DNA of 64,000 nucleotides from a bacterium (GCA_021815445.1 JAKAGM010000001.1:299527-363526), one strand, 5' to 3'; positions 31,559 through 40,566 are shown, numbered from the stretch's first letter. Translations and numbers: made by a program. The notes: generated from the letters alone by a model not told the origin.

Positions 31559-32038
31559 TTAGTATTCTTTTAACCAATCAAAACCAATCCGAGGATCATC
31601 GTGCGGAATGCGCTGTTCATCAGGCTGCTTGGGATTGTAGGGTTCTGTCGTATGATAAAAAAGGAGTACAGGATCGTCGCTCAGCACTTTATACCCATGT
31701 GCAACGCCCGTAGGTATGACCACGAGCTTATAGTCATTCTCGCCAGCCATAATGACTTGTGTTACGCCATATGTTCGGGATTGCTCACGGAGATCATAAA
31801 GCACAATCATGGCTTTTCCCGTTGCGGCAAACCATAGATCATCCTGACGTTTATGCCAGTGAAACGCTTTGACTGTCCCCTTGTGGGCTACGGTAAATGT
31901 CGTCTGGCCGAATTGGCGGAGAAGTTTTTCATCCGCCCGTAAGACTTCCATGAGGAACCCAGGATTAGATGACACTTCACCATCCTCAACAATATCAGGG
32001 AAAACACGAAGTTTTTTTATGACAACGCCATTGATCAT
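31559..32038 (-). CDS. rmlC: dTDP-4-dehydrorhamnose 3,5-epimerase family cupin (start revised to 32038)
   Basis: MINGV.IKKL, KAFHWH, YDLR..S.T, IPTGVAHGY. Confidence 0.85.
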   Translation of the reverse strand: MINGVVIKKLRVFPDIVEDGEVSSNPGFLMEVLRADEKLLRQFGQTTFTVAHKGTVKAFHWHKRQDDLWFAATGKAMIVLYDLREQSRTYGVTQVIMAGENDYKLVVIPTGVAHGYKVLSDDPVLLFYHTTEPYNPKQPDEQRIPHDDPRIGFDWLKEY

Positions 32039-32045
32039 ACGATTC

Positions 32046-32456
32046 CTAAATCCTCTTCTCATTATACCTTCCATTTAATAAAGTCAAGGAAAAAAAGACA
32101 ATAAGCACGGTGACTATAGCTAACAATACAGAGAAATGCCCAACTGTGCGAGTTTGCCGGTATACAATGCCAGCTGAAGTGAGCGCCAAAATTGATCCAA
32201 TGCAGTATTCCTTGATGCCCGGTTTCTGGAATGTATATTGAGCCTCTTCGTTATGCACAAAAACACTAATTACTCCACTCACTGCAGCTATAGCGAGTAT
32301 GGCGTTAATATTAAAATAATTCGAGACGAAACTTGCACTCATGCTCTCGAGAAGGTACAAGCAAAGATACGTCACCAGGGAAACTTTGAATAGCTCAACT
32401 ATAACTAGCAAGTAAAAATGTGTCCAGAACCCCGCCTTTTTATCCTTGAGAAACAT
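32046..32456 (-). CDS. Four-TM hypothetical membrane protein (paralog of 36125..36544)
   Basis: Hydrophobic; shares ELFKVSLVTY..E..FVSNYFN.N..LAI with the paralog; start taken at ATG 32456. Confidence 0.75.
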   Translation of the reverse strand: MFLKDKKAGFWTHFYLLVIVELFKVSLVTYLCLYLLESMSASFVSNYFNINAILAIAAVSGVISVFVHNEEAQYTFQKPGIKEYCIGSILALTSAGIVYRQTRTVGHFSVLLAIVTVLIVFFSLTLLNGRYNEKRI

Positions 32457-32464
32457 AACCCCTC

Positions 32465-34231
32465 TCACTTTCTTAATTGCCGGGTGAGCCAAGAAGACAA
32501 TTTCGGGAAAAAGTTTTTGATCGTAATAGGATCTTTGTGGAAAGTAATTGTCAGTTCTTTTATTTTCATTGTCCGGTTATGTTCAGGCAAACCAGGAAAG
32601 TCGATAATGAAATGGGCAAGAATATCTTTTCCTTTATCTAAATAAAGGTACTGGGGTTCAATTGTCGCATCAGCGACTAGCCAATCCCCCTCAGTACGTG
32701 GCTGAGGATAATCGGCAATTATATAGTCATAATCGTCTATATGCTCAACGCTATCCACTTGGGCGACTGAGGCGTAATCTTGATTAAAGATCTGGCTTTT
32801 ATCCAAAGCGAAGAACCCGTCGCCCTGGATATAAACGTCATTGCCCGGCGATACTATTGCCGTTACCCCGGTGAGATTATTGATCTGAGCCGGCGAATTA
32901 ATCGCTGTCAATCTAAGGTCAAGACGACCGACTTTAAGCGTTTGAAGGCTTTCTGGATGCGATGTTTGCGCGCTGATTTTTGTGCTAGTGGTATAGACAG
33001 TAGTCGGCGTCAATACCTTTTCACCGAGTATATCTTTATACGCCTTGCTGTCAGTGAGGTAGATATTTCCCTTAAATACAATAAGATGCTGGGCAGTTGA
33101 AATATTTTTTATGAAAATGTCGTCAGGAGCGTTAATTTTTATTTTGTAAACGCCTTCGGGTAAATTTTCTCGAAAAACCTTCAAGGATCTCTCCTGGGTA
33201 ACAATGCTGCTTGCCTGCGTATCTCCGTCATCAGGCAATTTCTCTTCACCTACTGCTACGCCGCCTGAATCTTCGATAGACACAGAAAAAACGTCAGGAC
33301 CATCATGCCTGTTGCTATCCTGTATATTGAAAAGAAAGTTGAGATTTTCATTCTTTCCGATGTAGGTATCTATCTCGTGCGCCCCGCGAATACTTTTATT
33401 AATAATCGTTTCCTGTCCGCTCGGTTGGTAGCCTGGTAAATGTATGTATTTTGCGACGTTGTAATTATACTCCGCGATTTTGGATATAGCCGGTATGTTA
33501 GAAGTAAACTCTTCTATGGTGGAGTATAACGGCTTGCTTCGAATGGTGGGCACACTTTCCTCTGTGATTTTTTCGAGCGTATCCTGATACCTCGCCTCGA
33601 CAATTTGCTGCTCAGTAAGCATCGCCTGCATACGCTCAGAGTTGAGGTTGACACTGGGGCCGTAGTTTTTTTCTATATTTACCAAAGTTTGTGTTCTTGC
33701 ATCATCAAGCTTCTTTTTCTGGACAGGAAATGCTTTTTTCTTTTCCAAAGTTTCTCGGTAACGAGCATTGTCTTTTTGCCAGAGAACGATATCGCCCTGA
33801 CTTATTTTGTCCCAATAGTCGGGCAGATTATCAAGTGTGGCATTTTGAAAGGCCATATTTTCCAAATGATAGGCACCACTTGGTAATTTGGCGCCAAGGC
33901 GAGTTACCGGCTGGCCGTTTGGATTTTGGTAGGTTAAAATGACGTTTGCACTTTTGAAAGGGCGAGGTACTTTCACATCAAAGTAGGTCGGGTTTGTCGT
34001 AATTAGCTGAAAATAATCGATGTTGCCGGAAATATTTTTTGTCCCGATTAATTTGTCCGGTTCTTTTGACGCAAAATTCCTGACGAGAAGCGAGGGTTGA
34101 TTTGGATGGTAAACAATCTTTAAGGTGCCGCCAAGTACCAGGTGTTTATCTACTAACCAAACAAACAGAACTATCGGCGCAAGCCAAAGTATGATTTTTA
34201 CTGCTCGTAATGGTATATGGTGTTCGTCCAT
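32465..34231 (-). CDS. Membrane-anchored extracytoplasmic hypothetical protein (588 aa)
   Basis: Long ORF; N-terminal TM; beta-rich body with a coiled-coil insertion; no family recognised. Confidence 0.8.
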   Translation of the reverse strand: MDEHHIPLRAVKIILWLAPIVLFVWLVDKHLVLGGTLKIVYHPNQPSLLVRNFASKEPDKLIGTKNISGNIDYFQLITTNPTYFDVKVPRPFKSANVILTYQNPNGQPVTRLGAKLPSGAYHLENMAFQNATLDNLPDYWDKISQGDIVLWQKDNARYRETLEKKKAFPVQKKKLDDARTQTLVNIEKNYGPSVNLNSERMQAMLTEQQIVEARYQDTLEKITEESVPTIRSKPLYSTIEEFTSNIPAISKIAEYNYNVAKYIHLPGYQPSGQETIINKSIRGAHEIDTYIGKNENLNFLFNIQDSNRHDGPDVFSVSIEDSGGVAVGEEKLPDDGDTQASSIVTQERSLKVFRENLPEGVYKIKINAPDDIFIKNISTAQHLIVFKGNIYLTDSKAYKDILGEKVLTPTTVYTTSTKISAQTSHPESLQTLKVGRLDLRLTAINSPAQINNLTGVTAIVSPGNDVYIQGDGFFALDKSQIFNQDYASVAQVDSVEHIDDYDYIIADYPQPRTEGDWLVADATIEPQYLYLDKGKDILAHFIIDFPGLPEHNRTMKIKELTITFHKDPITIKNFFPKLSSWLTRQLRK

Positions 34232-34282
34232 AAAATCACATGGTACTTCACACTATGCAATATTTCTGCAGATAAATCAATA

Positions 34283-35974
34283 TCAACGCCCGATGCGGTA
34301 TAAGATCTCGCCGTTTTTACTTAAACTTACAACCGGACTTGCGGAGAACCCTCTCGAGGTGATGTCGTCCAATGCGCTGTTGCCAACAAATGGGTCAAAA
34401 TAGAAATATACCGTTGTTTGTCTCAGCAATGCATCGAGGAATCTATCGCGTGTTGTGATATCTGACGGAAGATTCACAATCACTTTACGCTGGGGGAAAA
34501 AGAGCTTATCGGCCGTACCAGAAATGATAACCGAAGCCGATTCTGTCCGGCTCTCGACGATTTTTTCTCTGTTATTATTTTGCTTCATATTTTCCTTTAG
34601 CGGGACGAGTCCGTATGAAGCGTCAAAGAGAACAGTCATGGCCGCACCGAGTAAAAATATTGCCACCACGGACACAACGACCATGCGTCCCAAGACGCCA
34701 TTCTTGAAAAAGCTCGCGAGTTTTTGGAGACCAAATATAAAAAATGGGATCCCAAAAATATATATTGGCAACCAATATCGTAGATACGAAGATCCCAGAA
34801 CAATCACCGATTGATCTGAGAACTCAGTAAAGATATATGAACCATAATAAATAATCAGCCATAGGGATATAACAAAGAATACCAGCGCATAGATTACTTG
34901 CGGTCGCGGTAGCGGCGGTGCGGGAGGGTGAGAATCAACATGCGGGAAAAATTTCACAATGAACGGTAGAGAAACTCTTCGCACTAGTAAAAGTATTCCG
35001 ATAATAAGGAGGAGCGAGAAAATCGGTGAAAAAAGAAACAGGTACTGGTATGCCGCCACGCTCATACGATGAAAATTCAGACCAAACGGAAGAATCAACT
35101 GCCATAAACGTTCAAAATCAGAATGCGAAACGACATTGGTGACTGAAACCGATATATCCGAGACACTCGGCAAAGGAGCGTATCCAAAAGAATCCCATGA
35201 ACCATAGAGTTGGTGATTATAAAAGAAGATTGGGGCAAAAACCAGGAGACTTGCACCTAAAAAAATGAGGACATGAAACAATCGAATCCGTGCTTTATGC
35301 AGAATTCCCATCAACAGGAGCATTATGACGACCCACGGGGCCTCGGATGTTCTCACTGCAAGAGCGAGCCCGAAAAAAATTCCTGAAAGAAAATACAAAA
35401 GCGTACTGCCACCTTTTGATCTTTTGGAATGGGAGCCGTGTAACAAAAAATAGAGGCCAACTATGATCAGAGAGACGAACAGGCTGTTGTGAAACATTCC
35501 TCGGGATGCGTAATACCAAAAAGGCGGAAGAATAAAAAGCATCAAAGACGAATAAAACGCGATAGTCTTTGAGAAAATCTGCTTGAGCAGCAAATAGAAA
35601 AAAACCACACTGACTGCTGCCATAAACGGCGTGAAGAGAGTCATGGACGCAATTCCCGTAAATTTTGCTATGGCGCCGTACAACATTGGAAGTCCCAGGA
35701 AACTGACTGGAACAGTATACCCGTTAACCAAGGTCATGCTTCGCGGTATAACCAAAGCCCCGGCTAACGTATTGAGCGGCTCATGGTATCGAAGCGAGTT
35801 ATGCTGCGCGAATAATCCCCCAAAAAAATAATTCGCGGTCTCGTCGGGAGATGCAAAACGACTTGGCATTCGATAAGAAAACCATAAATAGATGAAAAAA
35901 AAGACAATACAAAATCCAACTATGATGAGTAGCTTTTTATCAACTCGGGTATTCGTTAAACTCTGCATCTGCAT
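34283..35974 (-). CDS. GT-C fold integral membrane glycosyltransferase (GT39/ArnT-like)
   Basis: N-terminal TM then SPDE acidic loop, multiple TMs, AVRT, LRYWLP. Confidence 0.8.
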   Translation of the reverse strand: MQMQSLTNTRVDKKLLIIVGFCIVFFFIYLWFSYRMPSRFASPDETANYFFGGLFAQHNSLRYHEPLNTLAGALVIPRSMTLVNGYTVPVSFLGLPMLYGAIAKFTGIASMTLFTPFMAAVSVVFFYLLLKQIFSKTIAFYSSLMLFILPPFWYYASRGMFHNSLFVSLIIVGLYFLLHGSHSKRSKGGSTLLYFLSGIFFGLALAVRTSEAPWVVIMLLLMGILHKARIRLFHVLIFLGASLLVFAPIFFYNHQLYGSWDSFGYAPLPSVSDISVSVTNVVSHSDFERLWQLILPFGLNFHRMSVAAYQYLFLFSPIFSLLLIIGILLLVRRVSLPFIVKFFPHVDSHPPAPPLPRPQVIYALVFFVISLWLIIYYGSYIFTEFSDQSVIVLGSSYLRYWLPIYIFGIPFFIFGLQKLASFFKNGVLGRMVVVSVVAIFLLGAAMTVLFDASYGLVPLKENMKQNNNREKIVESRTESASVIISGTADKLFFPQRKVIVNLPSDITTRDRFLDALLRQTTVYFYFDPFVGNSALDDITSRGFSASPVVSLSKNGEILYRIGR

Positions 35975-36124
35975 TGTGTTAGTATATCATCTTTCGAGCC
36001 TTTCCAACACCTGGCGTAAGAGACGCAGAAATAAACTATAAGCACCCGTGCAAACGCCGCACTGGCATTCTTTAACAAAATCAAAATGAGCCGGGTATAC
36101 TACGGTACCAAAAAAACTTTATTC

Positions 36125-36544
36125 CTAAGACTCCTCGAGTCCCTCGTCTTCCTCAAATAAGATAAATAAAGAAATCAGAACTATGGTGGCACCGACCAAC
36201 CCAGAGATCACATATCTCAACCAGCCGGACATTTGCAAATTATAGAAGGTGATCCCAGTCGCAAGCGTGGTAACTAAAAAAACGATACCTAGATCCTTCC
36301 ATAAAGCAAGCTTTCGTTGTCCCGTTAAATTTTCGGACCATAAAGCAGAGGCTGTCCCGCTTAAGGCGGTTATTGCAAGTAATATGTTGGTATTAAAATA
36401 ATCCGAAATAAATCCCGGGTAAAGGTTTTCAATGACATAGAACAGTAAATAAGTAAGCAGTGAAATTTTAAAAATTTCGTTCAATATTGTGCGCGCAAAT
36501 CCCAAAATATCAACATTTGTGGAGGTTTGTGGTTTTAATATCAT
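36125..36544 (-). CDS. Four-TM hypothetical membrane protein (paralog of 32046..32456)
   Basis: NEIFKISLLTY..IE..FISDYFNTNILLAI motif; hydrophobic. Confidence 0.78.
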   Translation of the reverse strand: MILKPQTSTNVDILGFARTILNEIFKISLLTYLLFYVIENLYPGFISDYFNTNILLAITALSGTASALWSENLTGQRKLALWKDLGIVFLVTTLATGITFYNLQMSGWLRYVISGLVGATIVLISLFILFEEDEGLEES

Positions 36545-36695
36545 ACTTGCCTTTATTGTCTCAAATATCGATTCGATCCATCTAAGCTTTTATAAAATTC
36601 ATATTTCAGCAATTTATTTTCCGCTAGAATACTTATTGTAATTTGAGCCTTCTGGCTTCGACCCGGATGAAGCGCCTTTTGCACATACGTTACTT

Positions 36696-36724
36696 AGTAT
36701 ATCAGCCAACTTCCAACATTACAA
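36696..36724 (-). promoter_or_regulatory. Putative sigma70 promoter (TTGTAA-17-TATACT, extended TG) upstream of 36125..36544
   Basis: Hexamers with 17-bp spacer. Confidence 0.55.
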
Positions 36725-36778
36725 AAAGTGGTAACCCGGCCCCTTTTTATTGATTTCAAAAAATCGCCTCGGCGACTA

Positions 36779-36865
36779 TTGACAAAAGCGTACACGTATG
36801 TTAGCATTTTTAGTCAAATAAAAGAATAAAAGTAAGTTGACAATGTAACCACGCACACTTACAGT
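36779..36865 (+). promoter_or_regulatory. Tandem sigma70 promoters (TTGACA-17-TAGCAT; TTGACA-17-TACAGT) upstream of the Nudix-like gene
   Basis: Two perfect -35 boxes (36779, 36837), each with a 17-bp spacer to a TAnnnT box. Confidence 0.65.
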
Positions 36866-36939
36866 GATGCGTCTGATAGTGAAAGGTAAAGAGCTCTTGT
36901 CATTCACTGAGGGATAACCCCGAACCGAACCGAAACCCA

Positions 36940-37782
36940 ATGTCCAAGGAGGCTCCATTGAACACACCGTACCCTTATCCAGTATTAACTGTCGGGAACG
37001 ATCCCGAAGGATTCTTTCGTGAGCTCCGCGTTCACGGCATTCATCGTTGGGAACAGCTGACTGAACCGCTTCTGGTGCCGGAATACCGGGAGCAGCGGAG
37101 CCCTCTGACACCTGCTCAAGAAAGAGCGACAACGATGTTTGTTCCCCGGATCGAGGTCATCGACTTCCGGGAGCCCGGCGCTAACGAGGCGTTCACCGGG
37201 GTCAGGTTGAACACCAAGCCCTGGGCGTCGTGTTTCACTCTTCTCCCTCAGGACCCCCATGAGCTTGATGGCTACGACACTCATCGTGAATGGGTTGACC
37301 AGCTGACACCCGATGAGATCGGCGAGGCATTGATTCCCCTGACCTTCGAATTCAAGCACGGTGTGGGCGATCTCTACCCCGGCGCTGAGCACGATGCATG
37401 CACGATAGTGACCCCGTCAGGAGTTCCGAACAAGGACGAATGGCCGCGGGGCTTTGACAGCCTCGAAGACTGCGCACGACGCGAGTTCAGGAACGAGTTC
37501 GGACTCGACCTGGAAAACGTAACGCCCCTCGGTCCTCGGGTCTACGGATTCAGTGTGAGTCCGAGGCGTTCCAATGAAACGGTTCAGCCCTTCTGGGTCG
37601 AGCCGAAACTCCCGCTCGAGTTTCATCCGCGGAAATCGGGCAAGAGTGAACAGCTCTTGCCGTTCCTGATCACGGTGAACGACTATCGGGAGCTCGTTCG
37701 CCGGAAACTGCTCATTGAGATTTACAGCGCAGGGATCGTGTACATCGCCCTCGAGCACCTTGGGCGACTGCAGATCGTCTGA
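36940..37782 (+). CDS. Divergent Nudix-fold hydrolase
   Basis: SGVPNKDE..CARREFRNEFGL resembles the Nudix box with an insertion; GC-rich codon usage. Confidence 0.65.
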   Translation: MSKEAPLNTPYPYPVLTVGNDPEGFFRELRVHGIHRWEQLTEPLLVPEYREQRSPLTPAQERATTMFVPRIEVIDFREPGANEAFTGVRLNTKPWASCFTLLPQDPHELDGYDTHREWVDQLTPDEIGEALIPLTFEFKHGVGDLYPGAEHDACTIVTPSGVPNKDEWPRGFDSLEDCARREFRNEFGLDLENVTPLGPRVYGFSVSPRRSNETVQPFWVEPKLPLEFHPRKSGKSEQLLPFLITVNDYRELVRRKLLIEIYSAGIVYIALEHLGRLQIV

Positions 37783-37810
37783 CCGCGGTAATCTCGTTTT
37801 CCTGATTTTC

Positions 37811-37841
37811 ACGCGCTTGCCATTTGGCGGCGCGTTTTTTT
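37811..37841 (+). terminator. Intrinsic terminator of the Nudix-like gene
   Basis: ACGCGC-TTGCC-ATTT-GGCG-GCGCGT hairpin followed by a T run. Confidence 0.7.
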
Positions 37842-37845
37842 AAAT

Positions 37846-37875
37846 AAAAAAACGGGAGAAGCTATACTTCTCCCG
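37846..37875 (-). terminator. Intrinsic terminator of 37891..38955
   Basis: Perfect 9-bp stem CGGGAGAAG-CTATA-CTTCTCCCG with an A7 tract on the left (U tract on the minus strand). Confidence 0.75.
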
Positions 37876-37890
37876 ACATGCCTCGCGGTT

Positions 37891-38955
37891 TTACAACAGC
37901 GAGAGAATAAACCGTGCAGACCTTTCCGCATTTTGCCCATCGAGGCGAAAATTGGCCACCTGAGCTGCCGTGAGACCCAGATCCCCTTTTAGCGCCAGTT
38001 TGAGCTGGGAACACAGTTCCTCATAGCCTGCAGCCATTGTCGAGCATCCGAGGGAAACAACCGGCGGGACATCCATAGAGTTCCCGGTCGACGCCCTGAA
38101 TAGAGAGAGCCCGGCATCAGGATAGAGAACGGAGATGGTCTGCTTCCTGATGGTGGCCGACTCTACGAGAATCGTCGAGTACATCGAGAGTATGACGTCG
38201 CTCGCTGCCAGAAGCTGCTGGGTGGAAAAGCCCGACCCGTCGACAAGAATTCCGCCCGAAAAACATTTGATGGCCTCTTGCCATATTGGCAGTTCATCAG
38301 GGGCATTGTTGCCCATTGCCGGGTGCGCCCGGGGGATCAGATATACCGAGTTGTCGCCGAGCTCATTGAGCGCTCGCACAATCTCGGCAAGCACCGATCC
38401 GCTCCCTTGCCACTGTCCGCCGTACAGTACGATGCGTCCTTGTGGCGGGATGCCTAGCTGCAATCGAACCTTTGACGCTTCTGCCGCAACATCGTACCCC
38501 GCGTACTTGTCGAGTGCGGGGAACCCCGTTGCCCGAATATTCTCGGAAGGAAAGCCAGGCCAGGCCTCCTCAACCAATCTGGCGCCGATGCCATCATTCA
38601 CGATGATGTAATCAGGCCTATAGTCAGGTGCCCGCCAAGCATCATACAGGTACCCTGCCCAGTAGTCCTGGAGCGCAACCACTTGAGTTGATTTGCGAAG
38701 ATAAAGGATAAGGTCCCTCCCGACTCCGCCTTGTGAGCACATGCTGGTTACCAGTGTTTTTGGATAATCCATGGCAAGCAGCGTTTCGACGGATTGAGCT
38801 TGGACAAATACTTCGCCCGATCCGGCTAATATTTCCACAGCCTTACCGTTCGCAAAAAGCTCGACCTGCGCGCCATGAGACCTTATGGCTTTCACCACAG
38901 GAACTATCCCGGCAGTTCCCCCCGTGTCTTTGCACACACACCAAATGTCCGCCAA
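37891..38955 (-). CDS. GT-B-like transferase (CDP-glycerol/KpsS/sialyltransferase-like superfamily)
   Basis: QDYW, TGFPALD, RAHP, SDVILSMYSTILVES, LDG; TTG start preceded by a strong SD (AGGGAGGTG). Confidence 0.65.
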   Translation of the reverse strand: MADIWCVCKDTGGTAGIVPVVKAIRSHGAQVELFANGKAVEILAGSGEVFVQAQSVETLLAMDYPKTLVTSMCSQGGVGRDLILYLRKSTQVVALQDYWAGYLYDAWRAPDYRPDYIIVNDGIGARLVEEAWPGFPSENIRATGFPALDKYAGYDVAAEASKVRLQLGIPPQGRIVLYGGQWQGSGSVLAEIVRALNELGDNSVYLIPRAHPAMGNNAPDELPIWQEAIKCFSGGILVDGSGFSTQQLLAASDVILSMYSTILVESATIRKQTISVLYPDAGLSLFRASTGNSMDVPPVVSLGCSTMAAGYEELCSQLKLALKGDLGLTAAQVANFRLDGQNAERSARFILSLL

Positions 38956-39058
38956 TCTCCACCTCCCTTTAATTGGGTCCGTTTACGGTTTGGAAATGAA
39001 CATGCCTTCAAAAGTGCAAACTGCCAGGAAAAAAAAGATTTTATTGATCTGACGGAAC

Positions 39059-39087
39059 ATTATAACTTATTAATTATCATCTGTCAA
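39059..39087 (-). promoter_or_regulatory. Perfect consensus sigma70 promoter (TTGACA-17-TATAAT) for 37891..38955
   Basis: Exact consensus hexamers and spacing. Confidence 0.8.
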
Positions 39088-39160
39088 GGCCGTTCCTACC
39101 ACATTGATGCTGTGATATAGCTGTTATTTCCTTGCATTTTCAGCATTCTGGAAAGCACCC

Positions 39161-39189
39161 TTTCCAAATAGGACCGTTTCTGTTATGAT
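39161..39189 (+). promoter_or_regulatory. Putative promoter of the nonulosonate operon (TTTCCA-17-TATGAT, extended TG)
   Basis: 17-bp spacer; 14 nt upstream of the first ATG. Confidence 0.5.
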
Positions 39190-39203
39190 GGGAACTGAAG
39201 CTT

Positions 39204-39572
39204 ATGGTAAAAAAATGGCTTATTTACTGTTTAGCTGGAGTTTGCGTACTCGTGCTTATTGCGCTCGTCCTGACCATTTGGTTGCCTGTCTTCGTCGCAT
39301 TTAGGTCGGTTTTCGGCTTCGTCTGTCTTTTTTTCTTACCAGGGTACATCTGGAGTTACGTTTTTTGGCGAGGGGGCGAAATAGACGGTACTGAACGCTG
39401 GATACTTGGTATTATGCTCTCTGTTGTTTCTGTCCCTCTGCTGGTTTTTTTTCTCAATAAGATCGGAATAAAAATAAACATCGTTAATGTATTACTGGAA
39501 AGTTTTGTACTTATGCTCTCCTCGTTAATTATCATTTACTACAAAAAAATTAAATCTAAACCATCGCTATGA
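39204..39572 (+). CDS. DUF1616-like membrane protein
   Basis: FG...LFFLPGY..S..F....ID..ER..L...LS pattern. Confidence 0.75.
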   Translation: MVKKWLIYCLAGVCVLVLIALVLTIWLPVFVAFRSVFGFVCLFFLPGYIWSYVFWRGGEIDGTERWILGIMLSVVSVPLLVFFLNKIGIKINIVNVLLESFVLMLSSLIIIYYKKIKSKPSL

Positions 39573-40552
39573 GGACAGAGAGATTCGCACTTGTATGCGG
39601 CGCCGGAGGTTTTATTGGCAGTCACCTTGTTAGTCGGCTCAAATCTGAAGGATTTTGGGTTCGCGGCGTTGATATAAAAAAACCTGAATTTAGTGAATCG
39701 ACCGCTGACGAGTTTGTCATCGGTGACCTTCGCAACCCGCTCGTGTGCCAAAAAGTGCTCGACAGGCCATTTGATGAAGTGTACCAGCTAGCTGCTGATA
39801 TGGGTGGCGCCGGATACATCTTTACAAAGGATCATGATGCTGATGTCATGCACAATTCAGCAACTGTCAATCTGAATATGGTCTTTTACGGCCAAAAAGC
39901 GGGGGTAAAAAAAATATTCTTCTCCTCTTCAGCCTGCATTTACGCTGAATACAACCAAATGGATCCGGATAACCCAAAGTGCTCGGAGGATTCCGCGTAT
40001 CCTGCCATGCCGGATAGCGAGTATGGTTGGGAAAAGCTCTTCAGTGAACGATTATACCTTTCGTTCAGGAGAAATTACGGCCTCAATGCAAAAATCGCCC
40101 GGTTTCACAATGTTTACGGTCCGGAAGGAGCATGGGACGGCGGCAGAGAAAAAGCTCCGGCAGCTTTGTGTCGTAAAGTTGCCCAGGCAACTGATGGCGG
40201 TGAAATAGAGATGTGGGGTGACGGAAAACAGACGCGGTCTTTCCTTTACATTGATCAATGCCTGGACGGGGTGAGAAGACTTATGGATTCGCCCGATTTC
40301 AATGGACCGGTGAATATCGGTTCCGAGGAAATGGTCACTATCAACCAGCTTGCGGAAATGATTATGGAGATTGCAGGAAAAAAACTGCGCATACACCATA
40401 TCCCCGGACCGCTGGGTGTAAAGGGTCGGAAATCGGACAATAAGCTTATTAGAGAGAAATTGCGGTGGGAGCCTACAGAGCCCCTATCCATAGGGTTGGG
40501 AAAAACATACCGTTGGATTGAACGTCAGATTGTTAATCAAAAGGGATCATAA
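39569..40552 (+). CDS. NAD-dependent sugar epimerase, GDP-mannose 3,5-epimerase-like
   Basis: GAGGFIGSH, LAADMGGAGYI, SSSACIY, YGWEKLFSE, GGREKAPAA. Confidence 0.88.
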   Translation: MRTERFALVCGAGGFIGSHLVSRLKSEGFWVRGVDIKKPEFSESTADEFVIGDLRNPLVCQKVLDRPFDEVYQLAADMGGAGYIFTKDHDADVMHNSATVNLNMVFYGQKAGVKKIFFSSSACIYAEYNQMDPDNPKCSEDSAYPAMPDSEYGWEKLFSERLYLSFRRNYGLNAKIARFHNVYGPEGAWDGGREKAPAALCRKVAQATDGGEIEMWGDGKQTRSFLYIDQCLDGVRRLMDSPDFNGPVNIGSEEMVTINQLAEMIMEIAGKKLRIHHIPGPLGVKGRKSDNKLIREKLRWEPTEPLSIGLGKTYRWIERQIVNQKGS

Positions 40553-40566
40553 TTCAGCACCCCCTA

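Noticed and set aside
39014-39027. Sigma54 promoter (TGGCAG..TTGCA, minus strand)
   Set aside because: GG-to-GC spacing is 6 nt rather than the required 10
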